A stretch of DNA of 63,043 bases, the filler included, from Polymyxa betae A26-41 (taxonomy: Eukaryota > Protista > Endomyxa: Phytomyxea): the NCBI GenBank assembly GCA_003693705.1. It is 4 parts of 4 records of this genome, joined end to end, with 100 filler letters (N's around TTAATTAATTAA, not from the genome) between each part and the next. Parts side by side here need not be neighbours in the genome. Positions count along the whole stretch, not along the records: positions 1 to 31,040 come from RBZT01000559.1; 3 more parts are not named here. One strand, 5' to 3'. Shown piece after piece: positions 1-11,004 of the stretch. Position 1 is the stretch's first letter. Every line of letters starts with the position of its first letter. The translations under genes and the position numbers were made by a program. The notes under the pieces are model-generated. The model was not told where the DNA came from. It made no database searches and worked only from the letters and a program-made list of their open reading frames with translations.

Positions 1-13
1 TTTATTTTAATTT

Positions 14-113
14 TTTAAAAAACTCATAGTAAAACTCAATTTGAGTTTTTGACTTTTTTTACGGATATTTTAAAACTCATAGTAAAACTCAATTTGAGTT
101 TTTGACTTTTTTG
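14..113. repeat. Two tandem ~45-bp copies, each containing the odd-length palindrome AAAACTCAATTTGAGTTTT
   Basis: AAAACTCATAGTAAAACTCAATTTGAGTTTTTGACTTTTTT occurs at ~19-59 and ~73-112. Confidence 0.85.
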
Positions 114-379
114 ATAAGGATACAAAACACATATTTAATTCTACTGATTTTAGACATTATAAGGAGGAATTACTTTGAATTTTTTAATTTTTTTGATTGA
201 AGGAATTTTAAAGTGCTGGGGGAAACAAAAAACGGCAAAAGCCGTTATTGTTGATTTTGGAGGTGGATATGGATGATTTGGAGGAGAATGAGGAAAGAAA
301 AAACAACCCCCAGCAAGGGTTAGTTTAACGTCATTACGGACGATACAATATGAATGTAGATATGATAGTGATGATGATG

Positions 380-585
380 TTGAGAATGTTGATTTTGAGG
401 ATGTTGATGTTCATGAATGTAGTGAATGTGATTTACCTAATCCAAATAAATATACATTCATGAACATAGGAAATCAAGAATTACATATTTTGAGAATGTT
501 GATTTTGAGAATGTTGATTTTGAGAATGTTGATGATGTTGGTTTTGAGAATGTTGATGATGTTGGTTTTGAGAATGTTGATTTAC
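380..585 (+). repeat. Degenerate 15/24-bp tandem repeat (TTTGAGAATGTTGAT; reads FENVD/FENVDDVG)
   Basis: At least five visible copies at ~489-582, plus related copies at ~380-410. Confidence 0.8.
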
Positions 586-956
586 CTATAATGACATAAA
601 TATACATTCAAGGGAACAGAAAACCATAATTACTTGATATTGGATTTCTAAAAAAGGAAATTCACAAATATAAGGTTCTATTTGAGGCGTCCCCCAAATA
701 TTAGCAATTATAGGCGTCCCCATATTGCTTGAACCAGAAAATATTTGTTGTAAAGATGGCGATGATGAAAATGAATGCAAAGACCAAAACGAAAAGCGAA
801 GACGAAAACAGGGGCACGTGCCAAAAACGATGATACGACTGATAGACCAGTGGGATTTGATTTTTTGGAGATATTGGGCACACGCCTCCCAACTAAATCC
901 TAAATTTGATGTTATTAAACCGCCAGAGTTGAAATTCTTGAAAACAGAAACCAGCA

Positions 957-1745
957 ATGAACTTCTTCGTGTTTGAAGACGCGCACCGATTACGTATGGA
1001 TTGGATAGAATTTGGAAAGAAAAGAACCAAAACGATTAAGCTACAAGGAACATACAACGATGAACTGAATGCAAAAATAGAGATGAAATTATGGGAACTC
1101 ACATGTAAAGAATATTCGGCCGATGATGAGAATAAGGGCAATGATTTAAGAACGGAACGCCTTGAAAAGAAAATCATTTACGGCAACAACAAGGCAAATT
1201 TGGATTTGATGAAAGAATTGAGAGAAGAAGCAGAAAAAGAGATGGTTGAAACTGACGATAAGATGAAAAAAGAAAAAAATATCAAACTTACCAGAAGACA
1301 ACAAGAAGCTGTGAAGATGGAGATAGAGGAACAGATTGGACGATTTAGACGTGCGCAACCTATAAATGATGAAATCAAGAAAGAAAAAGTGAAGAAGGAG
1401 CTTGCCTTGAAGATAAGGGAGGATGAAGAAAATAAGATGAAGAAGATTATTGAGAAGTTTGAGAAAGATGACGAAAACGACGATGATATTGAAAGCACTG
1501 ATGATGACGAAGAAGAAGAAGATATACCTGAACGAGTTATCAGTCCAAAGACAAATAAGAACAACAAAACATTGATGGAAGAAAATAAGAACCTGAAAAA
1601 TAATATTCATCAACTTACAATTATGATGGAACGAATGAATGCTAAATTACAGAAGATGGAGGCGAAATATAAAGCAACAAAGAAGAAAGATAAGAAACAC
1701 GAGAAATTGGTTAAGAGCATTAGTAATTTAAGCTTCCGTGAATGA
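957..1745 (+). CDS. AT-rich, K/E/D-rich coiled-coil hypothetical protein, probably the 3' part of a longer frameshifted ORF starting near 340
   Basis: 262-aa intronless ORF with heptad-like K/E runs; the upstream ORF 725-976 overlaps in another frame. Confidence 0.45.
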   Translation: MNFFVFEDAHRLRMDWIEFGKKRTKTIKLQGTYNDELNAKIEMKLWELTCKEYSADDENKGNDLRTERLEKKIIYGNNKANLDLMKELREEAEKEMVETDDKMKKEKNIKLTRRQQEAVKMEIEEQIGRFRRAQPINDEIKKEKVKKELALKIREDEENKMKKIIEKFEKDDENDDDIESTDDDEEEEDIPERVISPKTNKNNKTLMEENKNLKNNIHQLTIMMERMNAKLQKMEAKYKATKKKDKKHEKLVKSISNLSFRE

Positions 1746-2254
1746 AAGAATGAATGAATTACCTAATAGTGTTAGTGTTGATGATAGTAGACAATCAGAA
1801 CATCATAACAACGACGACGACCAATATGGAAGTGAAAGACGAAAGATTTGAAAACGGGTTGCGCCCACATAATTTTTGACTTGGTTTGCCGTGGTTGCGC
1901 AGTTTTCTTGAAGCACTCCTTCATACACTATTTAATTCAATACTATGCAGAAGAAATATACTTTCATTGATATGATGAAGCGAAAAAAACTTATGAGACG
2001 ACGACGACGACGACGACAAGATGAAGATAAGGAAGATGATGATGATGATGATGATGATAAGGAAGATGATGATGATAAGGAAGATGAAGATTTGAAAATT
2101 ATTAAAAGTATGATATTGAAATTGTTTCAAGAACGAAAATATCATACCATAATTGCTATCGGTGATTACATTATTGAAGTATTACAATATATTCTACTTC
2201 TTTAATTTTAATTTAAAAGAGAATAGACGCGGGGTGTTTTTTATTGGATATCTG

Positions 2255-2530
2255 TTATGGTTCCTGACTTGGTTGGCTTGGTTGGCTCTGTTCTCCAATT
2301 CTTTCTGGACTTGAAGGAGGGATGCCGAGATAATCACCAAGATAATTTTCAGCTTCTTCATGAATTTCTTTGACAATATCGTGTTCCTCATTACAAGATA
2401 ATATATCAATGTTAATAGCAATTTGCTTCAATACTTGATATTCTTGACTTTCCCGGAGCATTTAAATAGCAAGCATAATTATATCCTCAGTGGCTTTTGT
2501 TTTGTCTGTATATTCATATTCATCTGACAT
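2255..2530 (-). pseudogene. Small acidic hypothetical protein with one in-frame stop
   Basis: ATG at 2530 reads MSDEYEYTDKTKATEDIIMLAI* and continues in frame into ORF 2255-2461. Confidence 0.3.
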
Positions 2531-2939
2531 CTTGATGAAAGTATGAGACCAATGCTAAAAAGGAGACTGACTGTTAATAATAGTTCTTAATGTATAGGAA
2601 TTTTTACAGTCAGTCATAAAAGTTAGGGTTTTACATTTTTTTCTGACGTTTATAATTTTAATTTAAAAGAGAATGNNGATGAGGTTTTTTGATGACAGGA
2701 TTTTTTTGATATTATTGAAAATGGTATTTTGGAATATCATTTTCGGGAATGGGGGAGGTATATATATCGGTTGAATTATGGGATGGGGATTTTGAGGTAT
2801 AATTTATGGGATTGATTATGGGTGGAATTTTTGAGGTTTAATTTTTTGCGGATTAGGTTATATATATGGGGGCGGGATGGGATAAATTATGGAGGGAAAA
2901 GTGGGACGATTTTCCATACGCAGTACCATTCTACTATTA

Positions 2940-4141
2940 GAAGGTAAAGCGGCAAAGAATAAGTCAGTAGTTTCTGGTCAGAAATTGACCAAAATGTCTG
3001 GATACAAGTTGCTGGCCGAGCTCGTTAATACCGTTATCGAAGAACAACATCGAAAATGGACGCCACAACTTGCGAAAAGTCGTGAAACTAGTTATAGGGA
3101 CAAGAAGTACAAAGTTGCCAAGAAAATTTCGGCACCAGGTTCAACTGGATACGGTATTACTGAAGAAGATCGTCGTAAGAACATTACTACCATAGCTGAA
3201 AAGCTGGAGAAAATTTGTCCTTTTTACGAACGAATGGACTCTGTTTTAGGCAGCCGACAAAATGTCACACCTGCCTGTGCTGTTGAAGCGGGCGTTCCGC
3301 CAAACTTTTTCCCACAGCTTCCCTCTGTTATTAACAGTGATGACGACGACGACGACCCTGCCTGTGTTGTGGAAGCCGGCGTTCCGCCAAACTTTTTCCC
3401 ACAGCCTCCTTCTGTTATTAACAGTGATGACGACGACGACGACGACGACGAAAGTGACAAAGATGACGACAGTAGTGATGATGATAACGATGAAATTGGT
3501 GGACAAGAAGATGCATGTAACCGAGACGACAATGAAGTTGCTGATGATGAGATTGGTAAACCGAATGGTACTGTGGCCGAGGTCGAGATCAATAGCCAAC
3601 CAACCAAAGAAAATGACGGTAATGATTTAGACTTGCTTGATGTCGCAATCAATGAAGAATCAGTGTCGTTCTGGAATCGATATGCGTTTCCGAGGAAGAT
3701 CGTTTTTTAACTGACGGGTGGCCTGATGACCAAATTCAGACGGACGGAACTCCCTGCGCTTCACAGGCTGCCAAGGATAAGCCTTCATCGAAACGATCGC
3801 AAACGAAAATCAGGCGCAAGAGCGCTGCGAAGACAGAGATGAATGCCACACGGCTGAGTTTCCCCTCGGAGCCGACCCCGCAGATTAAGAAGGGTAAAAC
3901 AGACTTCACAGCGGCATGGGTCGAGATGCAGAGTCAACATCTTGCTTCGGAACAGGAAAGATCTCGGCGAGATCTGGAGTTTCAGCAACGACAGGCAGAG
4001 CTCAATGCTGTGAAACTGAAAGAGGATCACCGGTTGGCCACTCAGATAGCCAAAGGCAACTTTATTGCTGATCTCATGGAAAGCGGTCGTAGTGTGTCCG
4101 AAATCAAGGAAACGGTGAGCATGGTTTTCCCTGACAATTAA
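2940..4141 (+). pseudogene. Myb/SANT-like accessory protein of a Harbinger element (5'-truncated, probable intron near 3660-3765)
   Basis: Motif STGYGITEED...TIAEKLEKICPFYERMDSVLGSRQNVTP, typical of Harbinger partner ORFs; acidic linker; C-terminal coiled coil (3839-4141); tail-to-tail with a DDE_Tnp_4 transposase. Confidence 0.7.
3270..3450 (+). repeat. 87-bp in-frame tandem duplication (PACxVEAGVPPNFFPQxPSVINSDDDDDD x2)
   Basis: Directly visible in DNA and translation. Confidence 0.9.
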
Positions 4142-4200
4142 CCACGACAGTGGCGTATATAAACATCATCACTGATCAGTGCAGAATTTCTCAAAGGTCT

Positions 4201-4258
4201 CAGGTATTTCGGTTTTTGTGATGCTTTCCAGAAGCTATCGCAAAAACCGAAATACCTG
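4201..4258. repeat. Near-perfect 58-bp hairpin
   Basis: CAGGTATTTCGGTTTTTGTGAT pairs with ATCGCAAAAACCGAAATACCTG (21/22 matches). Confidence 0.9.
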
Positions 4259-4329
4259 TCACCATTGAATCATCTGTCTCTTATGCCCATATCTATATTG
4301 GATAAATTACACAAAATCCCAGTACTGCA

Positions 4330-5250
4330 TTACTTTCTGTTGAATAGATCGTCTCCAATCAGAGATTGTTCCATTGCTGTGCGTTCCGTAATCGTCGTTG
4401 TCACATGATTCTTCTGAAATTTTTCCCTGTACCTCTCGGTTGTCCATGTAATCGGCAGGAATTTGAAGAGCTGTAACCATATATGCAATACACAGCAGGT
4501 CAGAATCCAGTCACACGCCTTGTTGACATGAATGGGCTTGTTGGTCGAAACTGGAAGCCCTCGAAGGGACTGCCAGCGAGCTTTTAAGATGCCGTTACCG
4601 TGTTCTGAGACAACACGCCCGCTAGACGAGCGTCTATTAAACTCCTGATTTTCAAAAATTGAAGCAGCGGGCTGCCGGTACGGCACCACAGAAAATCACG
4701 TCATGCGAAAGCCGGAATCTCCAATTTGATACTGACCTGGTGAGAAAAACCGTTCCGGGTTCTTATGAACGTTTGTCGAATCCCAGATGGTTGAATCATG
4801 CACTGATCCAGGCCAACCAGCTATCGCATACCGGATACGACGATTATGATCGAACGTCAACAGTACGTTCATTGAATAGCGGCATTTGCGGCTGTAATAC
4901 ACTTCGCCATCTAAGCCAGGTTTTTGGTGGAGAACCACATGTGTCCCATCAGTCGATAAAATGCACTTTTCGAACCCGTAATGGCGGTGATTGTAAGAGC
5001 TTAGAGATTGACGTTCCAAATCATCTGGCCACGAAATGTAGGAATGCTTGAGAGAGAGCAAGGCAACCAAAATGCGATCAGTATACTTGACAACACTGCC
5101 GTATCCAACTCCTTTGGAACGGGCCACCATTCCAAGTGCGGAGCCGTTTCCGTAATGTCCCAAGCGATGAAGCGCACACGCCAACTGAATCCAAACCGCT
5201 CGCTGGGGATGGGCAGATTCATTTTGGAATACAGGATATCCTTTGAATTT
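4330..5250 (-). pseudogene. Harbinger/HARBI1-like DDE_Tnp_4 transposase, frameshifted and 5'-truncated
   Basis: Motifs ALHRLGHYGNG, STDGTHV, YYSRKCRYSMN, GWPGSVHDS, QIGDSGF, RVVSEHGNGILKARWQSL and CCVLH across ORFs 4696-5184 and 4330-4689. Confidence 0.9.
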
Positions 5251-5299
5251 GATTGTTAAATAATCTATCCAACTAACGTAGTCGTTTTTTTGCGGAATT

Positions 5300-7203
5300 T
5301 ACCTTCAATTTGCTTTAATATGCTGCGAACTGCATAATCATCTTGATTTTGATTGTCTCTAGAGGCTGTAGGCTAGCAATGATTAGTTCATTCAGCTGAT
5401 TTCCATGCACACATGTTGATTCTTGTCGTAGAGCTCTGGCATCGTTCATTCTTCTAACAATATCGCGCTCACATCTGAAGGCCAGATCATCAATCGAGTC
5501 AATTTTCCGTTTTTCAGCTGCAGGGATTCGACTAGTGTCGATCGACTACCCTGATACAGAAGCATTCGACTGCTCGTCATCTCCCAGATCGTCACCGTTC
5601 TCGCATTGGTCATCATCTGAGCTTAAGAAATTATCAGATTCTGCAACAGAACTTTCTGGCGTGCAAATTATGTCAGCCGCAAAATCATCTGACGTACGTT
5701 ATCATAGTTGTCTTGCAATGGGTGAAGTAGACTGACCTTTGTCGTCCGGGATATCACGATCAGGAACGGTGAGGCTCTCCGAAGGTTGATTGTCCATCAT
5801 TTCGTCTGCGGAAACCTCATAGTTGTCAATGCTATCACCTATGCCAGTATGTCAATCGCTTACACTTTCTCTTTCGTCCATTTGCATTGGCCAATGGCTA
5901 TTCAACTTTTTTGGCAAATAGTGTCATCGAGCGGGTGGTTTTCTCGTAGCAGAATATCATCCATCTGATGTTTTCTCTATGTATCTGGGTTCCTCACTTT
6001 GCCTGCACATCGATGTGATAAACACCAACAGCGTCTTTGCTCCCCATTTTTCGTTCTCATCAGCTTCATGGGACGATACTGCCACTAATGAAAGCAATCC
6101 AATGTGTTAGCTAGGTACCCGAAATGTCACCCTGTGACCCCATAATATCTTGGACTCAACATTTTACAGGTTTATTGTAGATTTTCAGGCCGTTGTTTGG
6201 ATTGGAGTTTGCATTTTTTGTCAAACAGCTGTACGATCGACTGTCGAAATTTTAATCCGCCCGGGCTCTCAATATCAAATTCGAGCAAATCTACACTGCC
6301 TTTTTGCTCGAACTCATCATAAATTGAGCTCATCAACATGCCAAGAGATGTTGATGGGAAGGTATAATGATTTTCGACCTCGCTGCTCTCGGCTTGGGCA
6401 TTTTTGACCTTCTTTTTTGCTTTCATGTCCGAAAACTTTTCCATTAGCTCTGTCAATCTCATCTGACTTACTGTACATAAGGACAAAGTTACATTATGAC
6501 TCACCAGATTTCACCATGGCGAGATCGGCGCACGCTTGCGGGAATTGCTTGTTGATCTCACTGAGTAGCTTTTCGGCGTCAGCACTTATGGTCTCACGAG
6601 ACATTCTGCACAAGCCTCTTTAGCGCAGTCATCTGGTAAATTCAGGCTGTTACTTATTTAACATTATCTGATCTCGAATTAGCTGCCTGAAAGCTCGGCG
6701 TTCAGGGGTCAGAGAAGACGGGGTCGGCATTCCAATATTTTTTTAAATTTCAACTGTTAATGGTCCTTTCTTTGAATGGTCCCTCCACAACGGCCGGGGC
6801 CAATATGCCTCTCGTTCGCTAGACAAATCGATGTACGCGTGCGCTTTCGATAGCCTGCAAAACCCTCAGTCTCTTGGAATCTATACTTTCAGAATTTACT
6901 CTTGCTTGAATTATAAGCAGATAAATCTCTTAGCTCTGCGATGAAGCGGAGACCTTGCGAGATACATTCTTCGTTTGATGTTGTGGAAACCATGGGGCAA
7001 TTTTCTTTATCAATCAAACTTGATACTCGGACAGCTCTATGTGTCGATAGATTGATTTCGTGCCCATGTAACATGCCACGATGTTGGTACAGGTCATTTT
7101 GGTCCTGTAGAAGTTGGACCCTTGCAATCGGCCTTCGTTGTTTGCTGCGCAAAAAAAACTGCGTCAGGACCCTGCGTTTTTTCAGGATCAATTCGCAGTA
7201 CAT
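5300..7203 (-). pseudogene. Degraded unknown coding sequence (several short minus-strand ORFs)
   Basis: ORFs 6889-7203 and 6172-6504 and an acidic stretch at 5500-5900 look protein-like; no recognisable family. Confidence 0.25.
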
Positions 7204-7325
7204 AGGCAGAATAAGGCAGGCCTACGGAGTTGCGGTGTGCGAGCCAAAATCAGAGAGCCAAACGGTAGCTATCATTCGTAGCGGTATCGAGAGTCAGCTT
7301 CCAGCAGCAGGTTTCTTCAGGATGT

Positions 7326-8793
7326 ATGGCCTGCACGCAGGACTTTGACTTTAAGGAAATACTGGCTACATTGAGCGATATTGACAGCGATTTCGATGAT
7401 GAATTTACGAAAATCGGATCCACTCGTGAATGTCTTGGTCTAGACCACGAGGCGGGACACGAGCAGATATATAGAGACTATTTTGCACCACATGCTCTGT
7501 ATCCGCCTAACATTTTTCGATGACGGTTCCGTATGAGCCGTTAATTGTTCTTAAACATATTGAAAGGGGTGGTCGATCACGACAATTATTTCGTCAAGCA
7601 AAACGATGCGCTTGGTAATCCAGGACTGTCTAGCTTGCAGAAAGTAGTTGCTGCCTTCAGGGTCCTTGCTTATGGCTGCCCGTTCGATGCAGTTGATGAG
7701 TACATTAAGATTGGTGAATCGACTGTAAATCCATGATCTAACAGTTCAAAACAGTTCGACGGCGGTTAATTTCCACAATGACCCAACCCAGTTCGAGATC
7801 AAGCTTCACCGCTTGAAAGATACCATGCGATTGGTCCTCGAAGAGAAAGAACACTACGGCTCCGTCTGTCTTTGGAGCGCGGATGTGCGAGCATTTCTGC
7901 AAAGCTGTTATAGACAAGTATGGAGAAGAATACATACGTTCTCCTACCTCAGAAGACCTTCGAAGAATCTTAGAGCAGAATGCAGGTCGTGGTTTTCCTG
8001 GTATGCTGGGCTCAAAAGATTGTTATAATTGGAAGTGAAAAAATTGCCCGAAGGCCTGGGAAGGTTCGTACCGGGGCGTGAAACGTACTTCGATTGTACT
8101 GGAAGCAGCGGTTTCTTATGATCTTTGGTTCTGGCATGCGTTTTTTGGAATGGCGGGCGCTTTGAACGATATCAATATTTTGCAAAGATCTCATTTGTTA
8201 CACATAATCACACACGGAACCGCTCATCAAATCGAATACGAAGTCAATGGCAACAAGTACAATCTGCGATATTGGCTGGCAGACGGCATTTACCCCAATT
8301 GGCCGGTTTTTGTTAAGGCCCTACCAGATCCTCAAGGAGCAGCAAATGCGTTCTTCACGAAACTACAGGAGTCTTGCAGAAACGACATCAAACGCGCGTT
8401 TGGAGTTTTGCAGACCAGATTTGCTATTGTTAACAATCCTGGACGTTTATGGACGACTCAGAAGTTAAGTGATATCATGACCACATGCATTATTTTACAT
8501 AACATGATTGTTGAAGACGAACGAGACTTTGACACTCTTTTCGATACTGATTTTGATCCCCGACCTGTTCGGAAGACTGGTCGGCCCAAAAACGTGCACG
8601 AAAGGTGGCTTCGTCCAGATTGAACGACGATGAGAATATCATCATTGCTCCTACCCGAATCGAAGATTTACTACCTGCATCGTTATCAGCAATCATTAGC
8701 CGCTCTTTGGAGATCCGGAATACTGAGAAATGTTTCCAACTGCGAAAAGACTTGATTTGCCATATTTGGAATAGCCAAACCGCAATACAATGA
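7326..8793 (+). pseudogene. PIF-type (Plant_tran-like) transposase with stops, frameshifts and a ~150-bp insertion
   Basis: Motifs YRDYF, FR*RFRM, KVVAAFRVLAYG, GFPGMLGS, LEAAVSYDLWFWHAFFG, LADGIYP, RAFGVLQ and CIILHNMIVEDE. Confidence 0.92.
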
Positions 8794-8805
8794 GTTTATA
8801 AACAA

Positions 8806-9607
8806 TTAGTGGTCAGAATCAAAACCGGCAATATCGATTCCAGCTTCCATTGCCTGCTTTTTCAGTTTTTGCAATTCGATCTTCGGTTTCAAAGCGATAT
8901 ACTTTTTTGCAACGATGTCGTCACGTCCGGAAAATAATGAAATCTGGATTTGTTCCTCCTGCAGCGCTGCAAGCCGCTTTCCAACCAAGGTTTGCACTTC
9001 CAGAGGTTTGTTGCGATGCGCCATAGCTTCCTTCATGTCATTACGAAAGGCAGCTTTCTTTTCAGCGACAATATAATTCATTTTCGCATTTTTACAGCCC
9101 TCTGGCCGTTGCATATTCTCTCCGGTCTTAGACTCTTCTCGATTAATCATCTCCTCAATGCTAGGGGTTCCACAGGGCGGTTACGTTTATGTTTGCTTCC
9201 AGGCGTAGGAGACAAAGCATCCTGAAACTTAGGAACTCTTTACGAAGAAACATCCATACTTCTAGCATTTTAAAATCAGTTTTTTCGACAGCTGAATACA
9301 GATGAATTGCCAGATTTATATAGTCGTCTTCATTATTGTAGCCAGATTTCGGAGTGGCAGTGATAGTCGTATAATGACCGACAAATTTGGAAACTTGCGT
9401 TTGAATCACTTTTCTCCATTGATTTTGGCATGCGATTTCGGTGCGCTCGGATTCTTCGCCGATGAATGTCTTAAACTGAGAAAATACTGACCTCCAATAG
9501 TGCTCCGCAGTCTGGGATACACCCTTGCTCGGATCGTGGCTAGCGAAGACCACCGACCTAGCCAAGAAAACGTTTTCAGCTGACGTCCATGCCTTGCCCT
9601 TCACCAT
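8806..9607 (-). pseudogene. Myb/SANT-NAM-associated accessory protein of PIF element 1 (frameshifted)
   Basis: KGKAWTSAENVFLARSVVFASHDP, ACQNQWRKVI and RPEGCKNAK; clearly homologous to 60930-61658. Confidence 0.85.
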
Positions 9608-11004
9608 GTTCAATGTAGATTAGAGTGAGCTCTTCTTGTCGCGCAGCCCGCTCCTGTCGCAGAAACTGCGGCTAAACTCCGTGGCTCGAAGTTTGGCTAT
9701 AAAGCCAAACTGAGGATTTTGGCTTCAAAAATCCAAAAAAAAGTGCGCCGTTGGATGTTGGCTCTCCATTTGTGGAAGAATTTTGAGCCAAAAAAGTCCT
9801 TGGCGTAGGCTTTGGCTGCGCATTGGAGATGCTCTAACGTTATAGAAAAGTTCGATGAATAAAGGCTTGTGGCTTTAACTTGTCGATTTTTTGTAAATGA
9901 CTTGTATGATTGCATAACGGTTCAACTTTACTCTATGAAGTGTTAGCGACATTTTTGGGGCGGAACCCTTTGCAATGTCCCGTCTTGGCTGTCGCATTGT
10001 GTAACGTTGTTGTTTTCATACCATGGCAAAGGGTGACAGTTATAGGCCAACAAGCGAACCATCCGTCTTCGATGTCGCTAAGCCCCAATTACATGCAGTC
10101 GTTCGGAAGATTCGTATGCCCGATTCAACCGTATAGATGCCAACAGGTAGTGCATTTAAGAAAATGGTTCCGGTGCAAGCAAAAGTTAATGTCAGGGATG
10201 TTCAGAATCAGGCGGATATCTTATGGAGAGGATGTAAGTATTTATAGTTTCATATGATCTGGAGAACAATGACAATTTTCATATATTAGTAAGAAGTGAA
10301 GATGTCTTCGATGATGCTAATCAATCTCTTTATGACCCGTATCCTCTCGATGTGAAACAATTATATGCAGCCCCGTCAACAAAATCTGCTGCTATTTCTG
10401 AAGTGACCCCAGGTGTACTAGGAGAAAAAAACGTGCGTTCAGCAATCTTACATCCAGCCAAAGAGATATAAAGCTAGCTCCGTTTAGTTTAAGCCAGCCC
10501 ACGATTCCGCTGGGGTCCGGGAGCGCGCTACAATCTTTAGAGAACCGTCTTATAATGCACCATACCATGCATTACAAAGACCATTCATCCCTATAGGGGA
10601 CATACCATCGATATTTTCGTGCTGTTTCCAAAAACTGATATCAGAGTCAAGCAAAGACTGGAAGGAGGTCTCTTTTGTGGTTAAGACTCCTTACCGCCTG
10701 GTCGCAAAGCAATTTCACAATCTTGAAAAGATTTCCGATTATGGATATGAAGTCGATGATGACGATCAGCGGCAGTGTATGATGTCGTCACGTACGAACC
10801 AGAAGAGTTCGTACGTTTTGAAAATAGAACTTCCGTATGCCGTCATGATCCACGCAGATTTTATCGAGCGCTGGTGGGGTGAAGCTCTTGGAGGTCGCGT
10901 TCAGGTGACCGACTATGCTCATCAGTCGGAAGATAATTACAGTTTCTACATTCAAGAATTATAAGTGTTAATGAAACGAGCTTATTAGTACAATGGGGTG
11001 TTCC

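Larger units (their letters stand above)
7220..9834. mobile_element. PIF/Harbinger element 1 (degraded; right TIR present, left end truncated)
   Basis: Ends in TTGGAGATGCTC followed by TAA (9835-9837), the reverse complement of the TTA-GAGCATCTCCA end of element 2; subterminal AGCCAAA/TTTGGCT repeats; convergent transposase and Myb-like genes. Confidence 0.9.

Noticed and set aside
1885-1920. tRNA-like A-box (GCCGTGGTTGCGCAGTT)
   Set aside because: No B-box or cloverleaf follows.
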